In this document: one piece after another, positions 48,121 to 57,670 of the stretch | Position numbering within the stretch: position 1 is the first letter of the stretch | How the letters are laid out: every line of letters starts with the position of its first letter | NCBI GenBank assembly: GCA_965218585.1 | Contig: CBDCLE010000002.1 | Span: 288,001-352,000, forward strand | Origin: Terriglobia bacterium | Lineage (GTDB): Bacteria; Acidobacteriota; Terriglobia; 20CM-2-55-15 | Direction of reading: 5' to 3' | DNA: 64,000 bases | The notes under the pieces: generated by a model | Seen by the model: the letters and a program-made list of their open reading frames with translations, nothing else | What the model was told of the DNA's origin: nothing | The model's database searches: none | Program-made: the position numbers and the translations under genes

Positions 48121-50142
48121 ATGAAATGGAGTCACGTTTTTCTATTTGTCCTGGCGGTTGCCGCCTCAACGGGCCGGTATGTGTGGAGCCCGTTTCCGGC
48201 CGGATCGGAAAACCCCGTCGTGGCACTGATGGCCCTCGATGCACCCATGCTTTTGTGGCTGCTGCACGGCTGGTACGCCGTCATGCCCGGTACCGTTGTC
48301 TTTATCGGTGGCACGCTCGTTTTGGGTGTGTGGCGCGTATGGTTTGAGCCCGCGCCACGGAAGCGACGCAGCCGCGGCGGCCTTCCCCCATGGCCGCTTT
48401 CGCCCTCGGACGAGAAACCGGCCATCGTCGTCGTCGAGACGCATCACCCGATTGAGGCCCGCGAGGTTCCCAACCCGGACTGGCTCGTCATCCCGGAGCG
48501 GGGCCTCTATACCGGAGTCGCCATCTTCGGGGCGGTCGGGTCCGGGAAGACCTCGGCCTGCATGCACCCGTTTGCCCGGCAACTGCTCGGCTGGCAAGCC
48601 ACCAATCCAAAGCGGCGGGCCGCCGCCCTGGTCCTCGAAGTCAAGGGGGATTTCTGCGACGGCATCCGGGAGATTCTCGAAAAGGCGGGCCGGGAAAACG
48701 ATTACATGGAGCTTGGCATGAGCGGGAAATGGCAGTGGAATCCCCTGGCCGCGCACTGGCTCGATTCCTACTCCCTCGCCTATACGGTGTCGTCTCTCCT
48801 GAATCAGTTGTTCGGCAAGGGGAAAGACCCGTTCTGGCAACAGGCCTACACGAACCTGGTGAAGTGGATCATCGAGCTGTACCGGATCTTTCCCGACCGT
48901 TGGGTGACCTTGCAGGATGTCTACCGATGCGCGATTGACCCCGACCTGTTCCAGCAAAAAATCGATGAGGCCGGAGTCGTTGTATACATCCAGTTGCATG
49001 GGGAGGTCGTGATTTCGGATAAGGATTGGGCGGTGCGCAAGGAAGAGCTGCTCGCCTTTGGAAATTGGAATGAACTTGAAGATGGGGAGTGTAAAGCCAG
49101 CAAGACACCCGCGTTGGAGGAATGGTTGCAAACGGAGGGGATCCCATACCGCGTCACAGTGCCCCGGGGTCACACCAAACCGGAACGTTTGCTCGCGCGC
49201 TGGCAAAGTGTGAAGACCTGGTACGACCACGACTGGATGAAGCTGGACCCGAAACTGCGGACCTCGTGTGTCGAGGGTATTTCCAGTTTCCTCTCTCTCT
49301 TTGACATGGAGGACGTCGCCTCCATTTTCTGTCCCCAGGCGCCGCCGGTGGAAGACGAGGAGGAGAGGCCGAAGTGGGAGCCGACAGAAACCGGTGGAAT
49401 CTGGAAACATCTTCCGCCCCTGGACGAGCTGATCGAGAGCGGAAAAGTCCTCGCCCTCAACATGCCCGCCGGATCGAATCCGGCCCTGGCCCGCGCCGTG
49501 GGTGTGTTCCTGAAGAACGCCTGGCTCCAGGCCCTGCTCCGGCGGCCGGCACAGATGAAAGCGGACCGCAAGCGTTACTTCCGGCCCGCCGTTTTCATCT
49601 GCGACGAGTACCAGTCGTTCGCCTCAGTTGGCGAGGACGACCCCAGCGGAGACGAGAAGGCGTTTGCCCTCACCCGGCAGTGCCGTGTCATTCCCATCGT
49701 CGCAACCCAATCCATATCCTCGCTCCGATCCGTGCTGGGCACATCCGAGGCCTGGCGCGCTCTCTTGCAGACGCTCCGCACCCGGATCTTCCTCTCCCTC
49801 AGCGACGACGCCAGCGCCGAGATCGCCTCGAAGCTCTGCGGGCAGGTGGCCAGGATCAAGCCAAGCTGGATCGTCACCGAATCGACACGGAGAGCCGAAG
49901 TGTCGCTCCTGTCCGGCAAAGCCGGGGGCGGCCAGGGGTCGGTTGGAACCAGCAAGTCCTTCCGGGAACAGCGCGAGGCTTTGTTTCAGCCGAGAGAGTT
50001 TGCCTTGCTTCCCAATTGCCAGGCCATTTGCTTGCCCTATGACGGAACCAACGCGGCCAGCGCCGTCCGCGTCTATCTCAAGCCCTACTACCTTCCGGTC
50101 GCCACACCCTACTGGCGCGCGGTCGAGAAGGGGAAGATATGA
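48121..50142 (+). CDS. virD4: Type IV coupling protein (VirD4/TraD/TraM-recognition domain)
   Basis: N-terminal TMs, GAVGSGKT, DPFWQQA, FICDEYQ, VATQSISSL. Confidence 0.9.
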   Translation: MKWSHVFLFVLAVAASTGRYVWSPFPAGSENPVVALMALDAPMLLWLLHGWYAVMPGTVVFIGGTLVLGVWRVWFEPAPRKRRSRGGLPPWPLSPSDEKPAIVVVETHHPIEAREVPNPDWLVIPERGLYTGVAIFGAVGSGKTSACMHPFARQLLGWQATNPKRRAAALVLEVKGDFCDGIREILEKAGRENDYMELGMSGKWQWNPLAAHWLDSYSLAYTVSSLLNQLFGKGKDPFWQQAYTNLVKWIIELYRIFPDRWVTLQDVYRCAIDPDLFQQKIDEAGVVVYIQLHGEVVISDKDWAVRKEELLAFGNWNELEDGECKASKTPALEEWLQTEGIPYRVTVPRGHTKPERLLARWQSVKTWYDHDWMKLDPKLRTSCVEGISSFLSLFDMEDVASIFCPQAPPVEDEEERPKWEPTETGGIWKHLPPLDELIESGKVLALNMPAGSNPALARAVGVFLKNAWLQALLRRPAQMKADRKRYFRPAVFICDEYQSFASVGEDDPSGDEKAFALTRQCRVIPIVATQSISSLRSVLGTSEAWRALLQTLRTRIFLSLSDDASAEIASKLCGQVARIKPSWIVTESTRRAEVSLLSGKAGGGQGSVGTSKSFREQREALFQPREFALLPNCQAICLPYDGTNAASAVRVYLKPYYLPVATPYWRAVEKGKI

Positions 50143-51122
50143 GCGCCACCCGCGGCATGGACTACCTGCGCCCGTTCCTGCCTGGCCTGGAATCGGTCCT
50201 TGAAGATGAGGATGTCAGCGAGATCATGATTAATGGATCCGGCAACGTCTGGGTTGAAAGCCGCGGTGAAATCCGGCCCCATCCCGCGCCCGGCCTTGAT
50301 GGGGCTGCGCTGGATCGGGCGGCCATTCAGATCGCGCGGCCTCTCGGCCTCGACCCGGCCACCGCGCCGATCCTCGATGCGCGCCTGGACGACGGCTCCC
50401 GCGTGGCTATCTGTGTTCCCCCGGCCGCGCCACACGTCGCCATCACCATCCGGCGCTTCGGCAAGCGGAGCTATTCGCCCGACGATCTTGTGCGCTTCGG
50501 CTCACTGCCCATCGAAGTCCTGGACGATGCGCGCGCCGCACTCCTCGGACGGCGGAATATCCTGGTGTCGGGCGGCACGGGATCGGGTAAGACCACGCTG
50601 CTCAATGCCCTGGTCGAGTTGCTCCCCGCCGACGACCGCATTGTTTCCATTGAGGACACGCTGGAGCTCCGGATCGACCGGAAAAACTGTGTCCGCTTCG
50701 AGGCCCGCGGTATTGACGGCGAATCGGTGACGATCCGCGACCTCGTCAAGCATGCGCTCCGGCACCGGCCCGACCACATTGTGGTTGGCGAAGTCCGGGG
50801 CGGGGAGGCCGCCGATCTGTTGCAGGCGCTCAACACCGGGCACGGCGGATCCCTGACCACAATCCACGCCAACAACGCCGAGTCCGCCCTGTCCCGGCTG
50901 GCAACTTGCGCCATGCAAGGCGAGACGGACTTGCCGTGGGAAGTCACGTGCCGGGGCGTGGTGGACGGGATCTCCATGGTGATTCACATGACGCGGCGCG
51001 AGGGGAAGCGCTACGTCGAAGAAGCCCTCCACGTGGGCGATTACGACGCCGCAAAGCGGCGCTGGCACTACAGGCCCGTGGCGTTCGCCGACCCCCAACT
51101 CGCACTGAAGCAGGTGCGGTGA
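50139..51122 (+). CDS. virB11: VirB11/TrbB/CpaF ATPase
   Basis: SGGTGSGKTT, IEDTLEL, LRHRPDHIVVGEVRG, NTGHGGSLTTIHAN. Confidence 0.93.
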   Translation: MSATRGMDYLRPFLPGLESVLEDEDVSEIMINGSGNVWVESRGEIRPHPAPGLDGAALDRAAIQIARPLGLDPATAPILDARLDDGSRVAICVPPAAPHVAITIRRFGKRSYSPDDLVRFGSLPIEVLDDARAALLGRRNILVSGGTGSGKTTLLNALVELLPADDRIVSIEDTLELRIDRKNCVRFEARGIDGESVTIRDLVKHALRHRPDHIVVGEVRGGEAADLLQALNTGHGGSLTTIHANNAESALSRLATCAMQGETDLPWEVTCRGVVDGISMVIHMTRREGKRYVEEALHVGDYDAAKRRWHYRPVAFADPQLALKQVR

Positions 51123-51283
51123 TGCTGGGCAACGCTGCCAGGAGGATCAGACAGGGGCGAGCCTGGATTGTCAGGGGCGATGTTTCTTTACTGGTTCGCG
51201 CATACAACGCGGCAAAGAATCTCTGGTTAACAGCCCCGATCTGGCCGGTAAAACATGATAAGGATATGGAGGCTTGCGAGGAT

Positions 51284-51701
51284 ATGAACGATAAATCAAA
51301 ATCTGCGCTCTCGCTGGTGACCCCCCAAGCGCGGCACCACTTCACCCGCCTGGATCAGGTGGACCGACTCATAGGGGCTGGGGAGTCGGACTCAGACATT
51401 GGTTACATGGGGCGGCTGTTGGCGCTGTGCAGCTTGCCACGCACCAACCCTGGAAACCGCCATCAGTACGAACGTGTCAATGGACCGTACAAACTCGCCA
51501 TGCTTGCAGGTGTGGACAGCAAACTCCCGTTCGGTCACATACCCCGCCTATTGCTCGCATGGGTCTGCACTGAAGCGGTACGGACACAAAGCAGGGACTT
51601 GTTTTTAGGGAAATCTCTTTCCGTCTTTATGCGGCGATTAGGCATCGATCCGGCTGGGGCATCTTATGCCCGAGTCCGCAATCAGATGAAACGATTATTT
51701 A
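51284..51701 (+). pseudogene. repA: Plasmid replication protein RepA (RepA_C type), truncated by IS5
   Basis: LCSLPRTNPG, LPFGHIPRLLLAWVCTEAVRT, LGKSLS.FMRRLG, RNQMKRLF, then IS end. Confidence 0.85.
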
Positions 51702-52493
51702 GGGCGTGTTAACACTAATGAGCATGAATGTTTTATAATCAGGCATGGAGATCACACAGGAGCAGTATTGTCGCATCGAGCCGGAACTGCCGCGTCAGCG
51801 GGGCAACGTCAGTCTTTCGAACCTGACGGTCTTGAACGCCATTTTGTATGTGGCTGAGCAGGGCTGCAAGTGGCGCGGTCTGCCCAAGCGCTTTGGCAAC
51901 TGGCACACCATCTACACCCGGATGAACCGCTGGTCCAAGAACGGGGTGCTCGACGCCGTCTTCGAAAAACTCCAGCGCGAGCAACTGGTGCGCATCCGGG
52001 TGGAAGCCGTTTCGATGGACTCGACCATTGTGAAGGTGCATCCCGACGGCACGGGAGCGTTAAAAAAAACGGTCCGCAAGCGATCGGCAAATCCCGCGGT
52101 GGATGGACCACCAAGATTCATCTGGTTGCCGCGAATGCTCGAACGGCGATAACGTTTGCGCTCTCGCCCGGCCAAGCGCACGACGCCCCGCAGGGCCGCG
52201 ATCTGCTCGCCGGCCTGGGGCCGTTGCCCGCGCCGCTGCCGCTGCTGATGGACCGTGCCTACCAGGACGACCAGACCCGCCAATTGGCTCTGGATTTTGG
52301 GTGGATTCCCGTCGTGCCGCCCAAGCGCAACCGCCTGGAGCCGTGGGAATACGACCGCGTGCTCTACCGCCGCAGGAACGAAGTCGAGAGGCTCTTCCGC
52401 CGACTCAAGGGTTTTCGGCGTATCTTCTCCCGTTTCGATAAACTCGACGTCATGTTCCTCGCCTTCCTTCACTTCGCACTCATCGTCGACCCT
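51702..52493 (+). mobile_element. IS5 family (IS427 group) element with damaged right end
   Basis: Left end GGGCGTGTTAACACTA; no matching right IR, sequence passes GTCGA-CCC-TAG directly into the ferredoxin stop. Confidence 0.85.
51745..52490 (+). CDS. IS5 transposase, two ORFs joined by a -1 frameshift at an A8 run
   Basis: GCKWRGLPKRFGNWHT / IGKSRGGWTTKIH, MDRAY, RNEVERLFRRLK; TTAAAAAAAAC at ~52060-52070. Confidence 0.88.
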
Positions 52494-52902
52494 AGTGAGC
52501 TTCTCGGGCCGCGTTTCTATTCCAATCCGGAATATAAACGATGAGGTTGCGGGTGCCGTTTCCCACACTCTGACACGACAGTCGGCTTTCAGGGGTCAGT
52601 CCCGGGGCAAACGAGAGTTGATCCTCCTCTCCGTCGCTCATTTCCGATAACGTCTCCCCGCCTTCCTGAACAATGGAGTGGCACGTCGCGCAGGCACACA
52701 CACCGCCGCACGCATGGTCGATTTCGATTCCATGGGCTAACGCTACATCGAGAATACTGCCGGGCAGGCCTGTGTCGCCGTAAGGGATCCGATCCGGATC
52801 CACTTCCACAGTCACATTCATCGGGAGAAAAGTAACTGTGAATTTTCCGGTCGGTTGTTCAACCGCGGCCAGTTCGTCGAAATACGGATTGCGCCCACCC
52901 AT
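52492..52902 (-). CDS. fdx: 2Fe-2S ferredoxin (ISC/adrenodoxin type)
   Basis: HACGGVCACATCH, SRLSCQ. Confidence 0.9.
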   Translation of the reverse strand: MGGRNPYFDELAAVEQPTGKFTVTFLPMNVTVEVDPDRIPYGDTGLPGSILDVALAHGIEIDHACGGVCACATCHSIVQEGGETLSEMSDGEEDQLSFAPGLTPESRLSCQSVGNGTRNLIVYIPDWNRNAAREAH

Positions 52903-52969
52903 CTTGATCTCGATGTTAGCACGTGGGGCAGGCATGCGTGGGGACAGAGGAATCTGTCCCCACAGATGG

Positions 52970-53485
52970 CTACTGCAAGGATCGCAGTTCGTTCATTATG
53001 ATGCCCATCGGCGCTCTTTCCGAGGCAGTCATACCCACAAAATCCCAGCGGATCTGGCCTTCGCGATCGATGATGAAGGCAGCAGGACGGGAAATCCCTT
53101 CCTGTGGATGGAGTACGTCATAGGCATTGATGAAAGTTCTGAAGTTATCCGACAGAACGGGAAACCTCAGACCCAGATCCAGAACTGTCTGACGCGCAGT
53201 CACGGGAGGATCTGCACTCAGGGCTATGAGCTCTGCATCGAGCCCTTGAATCTCTTCGTAATATGTTTGCAACTCACCGAGCTGCGCTTGGCAGAACGGT
53301 CACGTGTGCATCCGGTAAAACACGACCAGGACGTTCTTGTCACCTTTGAAGTAGTCCAGATTGACAGAAACACCCTGAACGGCCATACCGCTGATGTTCG
53401 GGGCCTCTCCCTGTACCTGTGCCGCAGATGGAATCGCGGCCAGGACGAAAAGGCAAGTAATCAACAGGTATCGAGTTATCTTCAT
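52970..53485 (-). CDS. Selenocysteine-containing AhpC/TSA (peroxiredoxin-like) protein with signal peptide
   Basis: Two ORF-track ORFs are one frame across TGA 53300-53302: VVFYRMHT-U-PFCQAQLGELQ; SECIS-like hairpin downstream. Confidence 0.88.
53269..53285 (-). promoter_or_regulatory. Bacterial SECIS element
   Basis: GCAGCUC-GGU-GAGUUGC; G-led loop 21 nt after UGA. Confidence 0.75.
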
Positions 53486-53487
53486 AT

Positions 53488-54153
53488 CTATCGTTCGGCC
53501 TCCTCTCTAGAGGTACTTGAAGTCATCGGTACAAATCGTACCGGAATGCGCTCTCGGATGTCTATCCCGAAGCCTTCCCGGCGGGTGACAACAGATAGAA
53601 CCTGCTCACCACCCTCACGCTCGAGCGGCAGCACCATTATGCCGCCGGGCGACAACTGCTCGACCAACCTTGGGGGGACACGCGGTGCGCAGGCTGTCAC
53701 AATGATGCGATCGAACGGCGCAAATCCGGACCAGCCGTCCCAACCGTCCGCATAACGAAATCGAACGTTGGAATATCCGAGCCGGTCCAGGCATCGACGC
53801 GCACCGTCCAGCAGGCCCTCCCGAACCTCAACCGTAAGGACTTCAGCAACAATCTCGGCAAGAACAGCGGTCTGATATCCCGAACCCGTCCCGATCTCCA
53901 GAACCCGAAAATCCGGCCGAAGATCCAGCATCTCGGTCATCAGCCCTACGATGTAGGGTTGGGAAATCGTCTGTTCTTCCCCGATGAGCAGCGGCGAGTC
54001 GGCATAGGCTTCGTCTACGTGATCGGGGGGAACGAACTCCTGCCTTGGAACACCGCGCATGGCGTCGAGTACCCGCGAGTCATGAATGCCGCGGGCCACC
54101 ATCTGCTCGGAGACCATTCTCTCACGTGCGCTTTCAAACCGGTCCGTTTTCAA
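53488..54153 (-). CDS. pcm: Protein-L-isoaspartate O-methyltransferase
   Basis: QTISQPYIV, VLEIGTGSGYQTA, APFDRIIVTA, VRFVPM. Confidence 0.95.
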   Translation of the reverse strand: MKTDRFESARERMVSEQMVARGIHDSRVLDAMRGVPRQEFVPPDHVDEAYADSPLLIGEEQTISQPYIVGLMTEMLDLRPDFRVLEIGTGSGYQTAVLAEIVAEVLTVEVREGLLDGARRCLDRLGYSNVRFRYADGWDGWSGFAPFDRIIVTACAPRVPPRLVEQLSPGGIMVLPLEREGGEQVLSVVTRREGFGIDIRERIPVRFVPMTSSTSREEAER

Positions 54154-54896
54154 GGTTCGATACCAATGACGGCAAACATCCTTCCGGCACCATCACCGTC
54201 ACGCCTGTAGGAATGGAAGAGGTCTCCCCGGCAGCGTGTACACAGTTTTGAGACGGAGACCCCCTCGGAAGGAACTCCCGCCTCGAGAAGCTGTTTGCGA
54301 TTGGCTTCGCCGAGATTGAGATGCGGCTTCCGACGCCCCGGTTTTCTTTCGAAAATCGTGGGGTCTCGAAACCACTCGTAGACTTCCTCGCCGACCTCCA
54401 TGCAACAAACTCCGATGTGGGGCCCCAACGCAACCACGAGTTCTGACGCAGGGATCGAGAACCTTGAAACGACGGAGTCGACAACCTGCCGCACGACACC
54501 TTCGGACGTGCCCCGCCACCCTGCATGCGCGGTGGCAACCGCCTGGCCGTCCCGGGACGCAATCAGGACAGGAACGCAGTCGGCTGTTCGGATCTCAAGT
54601 CCCATCCCAGCCAGCCCGGTGTAGGGTGCATCGCCCTCGGGTGTCTCGTTGGCAAACTCGTTGTCATCTACGTGGTGCGTGATATTGGAATGGATCTGTT
54701 TCAAACGTCCGACCGGCCAACCCGCAAGGCCAACGGCTGCGATAAACCCATCCCTCTCATCCGAACCGGACACATCCCGTTCTCCGATGCCGGTGCCGAC
54801 TCGACGTGTCGAGAATCCATGAACCACGCCGGAAACTCCATCGAGAATCGGTGCCTTGAGAAAAGTAACGTTCGAGTTGCGATGGGCTTGTAACAT
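54150..54896 (-). CDS. pgeF: PgeF/YfiH family protein
   Basis: HGFSTR, QIHS, TADCVPVL, HAGWRG, SYRR. Confidence 0.92.
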   Translation of the reverse strand: MLQAHRNSNVTFLKAPILDGVSGVVHGFSTRRVGTGIGERDVSGSDERDGFIAAVGLAGWPVGRLKQIHSNITHHVDDNEFANETPEGDAPYTGLAGMGLEIRTADCVPVLIASRDGQAVATAHAGWRGTSEGVVRQVVDSVVSRFSIPASELVVALGPHIGVCCMEVGEEVYEWFRDPTIFERKPGRRKPHLNLGEANRKQLLEAGVPSEGVSVSKLCTRCRGDLFHSYRRDGDGAGRMFAVIGIEP

Positions 54897-54969
54897 AGAG
54901 CGGTTTCAGCGAGCTGCCCAGAGTTCGAACCTGCGGCTGATGGCGGGCTCGATTCGAAGGAGAGATGAC

Positions 54970-55347
54970 TTGATCGTAGGCATCGGCATTGACGTCATAG
55001 AGAACAAGAGAATCGCTCGCTCCCTGGAGCGGTTTCCCAACCGCTTTGTCTCGCGCATCTACACGGAACGCGAATCTGAATACTGCCAGAGCTGTGTCGC
55101 GCCTGCAATCCACTATGCCGCACGATTCGCAGCCAAAGAAGCCGCATTCAAAGCCCTCGGAACCGGATGGGCCAAGGGCGTTAAATGGAAAGACGTTGAA
55201 GTCGAACGCCTGCGATCAGGACAACCTATACTGCATCTCTACGGTGCTGCACTGGAGCGGGCGAAATCAATGGGGGCGACGAACTTCCTCGTCTCACTGA
55301 CGCATGATCAGACGATCTCGGCCGCCGTCGTCGTCATGGAGACCTGA
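54970..55347 (+). CDS. acpS: Holo-ACP synthase
   Basis: GIGIDVIE, AARFAAKEA.FKALGTG, VSLTH. Confidence 0.95.
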   Translation: MIVGIGIDVIENKRIARSLERFPNRFVSRIYTERESEYCQSCVAPAIHYAARFAAKEAAFKALGTGWAKGVKWKDVEVERLRSGQPILHLYGAALERAKSMGATNFLVSLTHDQTISAAVVVMET

Positions 55348-55444
55348 TAACAAAGGTTTTGTAGCGACAGCGACGGAAACCATTTTCCTTTCGGGTAACA
55401 CAGGGGTAACAAAACATCCGCCTAACCCCATTTTGTCCTTCAAC

Positions 55445-57193
55445 TCAAGTCTGATCAGCGACAATCAAAACTCCCGGCCGTATTGCCTCATTTAAAAATG
55501 TTACCGAACTGAGGGTTGTTGCCTCATTAGAAATGTTACCGAACGACCGGTCAAACGGGAGAGTTCTTCCCGCCGTCGAGGCTGTGGGGCGACCGCCTTT
55601 TCCACAGCCCCCGTCGCCCGCAGATGCTGAAGCCGGGCGGACCCGATCCAGTTCGAGCCACTCGCCATCGAAAGTCTCCAGAATCTGACGCCGCCATTCG
55701 CGCACGCGCCGCTGCAGGGTCCGTAACTGACCGTTGGGGTAACGTCCCGGGTGCCGCTGCTGAAGCTCAAGCAACAGCGACTTTGATGTTCGCCCGGGAT
55801 CGGATTCAAGCCATGACCGCATCTCCTCCCAGACGCCGTCGAACGGGTCCGGGCGAGTACGCCAGGTGTGGGGCACAGGTTGTTTCCGTGTTTTGCGATA
55901 CCGACGCGTGATTCGTTGCTCGAAGCCGGGATCGGGGAGTTCCGCCTCAATCGGGGCTCGGTCTGCATCTGCGCCGCAATTCGGGGACACAAGGGCGGCG
56001 CGCACGATGTCGTCCGTTAGCGTGGGAGAGGCCAGTTCCTTCGCATGTCTCCAGAATGCATCCTGGAGTTTCTCAAGCTGTCGTAGGAGATCGACCGGAT
56101 CCGAACGTTCATAACTCGCAGCAAGGCGAACGCGAACCTCCGGGTCGAGCGCATCCGAATTCGAGAGCCGTTGATAGGGCGTTTGCGCGATATCGTAGCG
56201 TTTCGTCACCCGGGATCCATCGCGAGTCTTCGTCGTGAGCTTCATGGACGGCTGGAAGAAGTTCACGTAGAACCGGACGACCCGATAGAGTTCGGCAAGC
56301 TGTCTGTAGGCCAATGAGCCTTCGTAGCGGTCGTAGCCGACCAATTGGCGGACGATCGAGCCGTTCTTCTGTTCGACGAAGCACTGGTCGTTCTTCCGGC
56401 GCGCCCGGCCTCGGGTGAATTGAATCGTTTCACGCTCGCAGTAGGCGAGGAGTCCGTAGTTCATGAACTCGGAACCGTTATCCGTGTCCAGGCCGACAAG
56501 CTGAAACGGAAGGATCTGCCGTGCCGTCGTGAGCGCCTGCAGAATGTCCGCCTCCGTACGCCGTAGCAACGCCAGACATTCGGTCCAGCCGGTCGCCACG
56601 TCGGTCAATACCAGGGTGTGGAGGAAAGGGCCTTCCGAGTTCCCGCCGCAGTGTGCAACCAAGTCCGCTTCCATGAATCCCGGCCGCGTGTCCGCCCAGT
56701 CGGCGAATGTGCGAATCGGAACGCGGTGTTTGAGTAACTGTCCGGACTTGGTGGTGGTCTTGCCGTGCGGTCGATGATCGAATCGGAATTGACGGAAGAT
56801 CCGATCAGCCGTGGCGGCGCTCAGCTCAAGCAGGTCCGCCCGCGTTTTATCGGACAAAGACAGATGCCCGTGACGCTCCATGGTCGGGATCAGCTCCGGC
56901 AGAAACGGAACGAGCCGTTTGCCACACACGTAATTGACTGTGCGCCAGGCCGCGATCAGGGCGGCCTGCACCGCGGGGCCGTATCGACGGACCCGGCCGC
57001 GCCGCTCCTGTCGGGGCCGTTCGCCCCTCAGAATGTCGTTCAGAAGCCGTGTCGCGTGCTTCCGATGGAACCCGGTCGATTCAAGGAACTCATCCAGGAT
57101 TCGCTTCTTCTCCGGTCGCGCCGCATTCTTGTAGCGAACCGCCGTTCGTAGAGCTAATTCTCGCCTTGCCGCAACAGTCATGTGTGTCCTCAC
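55445..57193 (-). CDS. DDE integrase-core transposase
   Basis: KKRILDEF..TGFHRKHA, EADLVAHCG, DTDNGSEF, NDQCFVEQKN; the ORF runs through the IR. Confidence 0.9.
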   Translation of the reverse strand: MRTHMTVAARRELALRTAVRYKNAARPEKKRILDEFLESTGFHRKHATRLLNDILRGERPRQERRGRVRRYGPAVQAALIAAWRTVNYVCGKRLVPFLPELIPTMERHGHLSLSDKTRADLLELSAATADRIFRQFRFDHRPHGKTTTKSGQLLKHRVPIRTFADWADTRPGFMEADLVAHCGGNSEGPFLHTLVLTDVATGWTECLALLRRTEADILQALTTARQILPFQLVGLDTDNGSEFMNYGLLAYCERETIQFTRGRARRKNDQCFVEQKNGSIVRQLVGYDRYEGSLAYRQLAELYRVVRFYVNFFQPSMKLTTKTRDGSRVTKRYDIAQTPYQRLSNSDALDPEVRVRLAASYERSDPVDLLRQLEKLQDAFWRHAKELASPTLTDDIVRAALVSPNCGADADRAPIEAELPDPGFEQRITRRYRKTRKQPVPHTWRTRPDPFDGVWEEMRSWLESDPGRTSKSLLLELQQRHPGRYPNGQLRTLQRRVREWRRQILETFDGEWLELDRVRPASASAGDGGCGKGGRPTASTAGRTLPFDRSFGNISNEATTLSSVTFLNEAIRPGVLIVADQT

Positions 57194-57307
57194 TTCCCAC
57201 CTCCGTTCTCATAGAGTTGGGTAACATTTCTAATGAGGCAACAACCCTCAGTTCGGTAACATTTTCAATGAGTCAATGCGAGAAGGAATTCTGATTGACG
57301 TTGGACA
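55452..57307 (-). mobile_element. ISNCY-like element with ~90-bp TG..CA imperfect IRs containing repeated binding sites
   Basis: TGATCAGCGACAATCAAAACTCC... vs reverse complement TGTCCAACGTCAATCAGAATTCC...; each end has 2x TTG(C/A)CTCATT..AAATGTTACC; no clear TSD. Confidence 0.85.
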
Positions 57308-57670
57308 AGCCCTGGCAGTTCGAAGTCGATGCTGAAGATGGGTTCGCCTCTTACAAGCGCTCCATTGTCGACTCCGGGATGTGGTCGGCCTATGATCGTG
57401 AAATCACCCGGATCCTTTAAAGGAACGGCTTCCATGTCCGGCGGGTCGAGCGTGGACGCGAGCCCGGCAAGCTCACCATAGGTCATACTCCGATCGGTGG
57501 CTTCGTGAGTGACAACTCCGGTAGAAGTCGAGCATTCCTCTGCCAGAACGTCCCAGGTCTGGGCGCTGCGCTGAGCAACATCTGACGGGCTGCGGCCCCG
57601 ACCAGGCGCAATGGTTCCCAGTTGACCGGGGTCGCTGTACTTCCTCCAGCCAGCTGCAGACCAAATAGTC
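57308..57670 (-). pseudogene. IorB-type molybdopterin oxidoreductase beta subunit, middle fragment
   Basis: [30 protein letters not shown]..(1-nt frameshift ~57563)..TYGELA...LKDP.DFTIIG...FSIDFELPGL, cut by the IS. Confidence 0.85.

Larger units (their letters stand above)
31742..51701 (+). mobile_element. Integrated, decaying conjugative plasmid-like element
   Basis: All genes co-oriented: AlpA, mob remnants, Ank-ArdC, relaxase-like proteins, VirB/D4 set, RepA. Bounded by IS1380 and IS5; no integrase seen. Confidence 0.85.
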
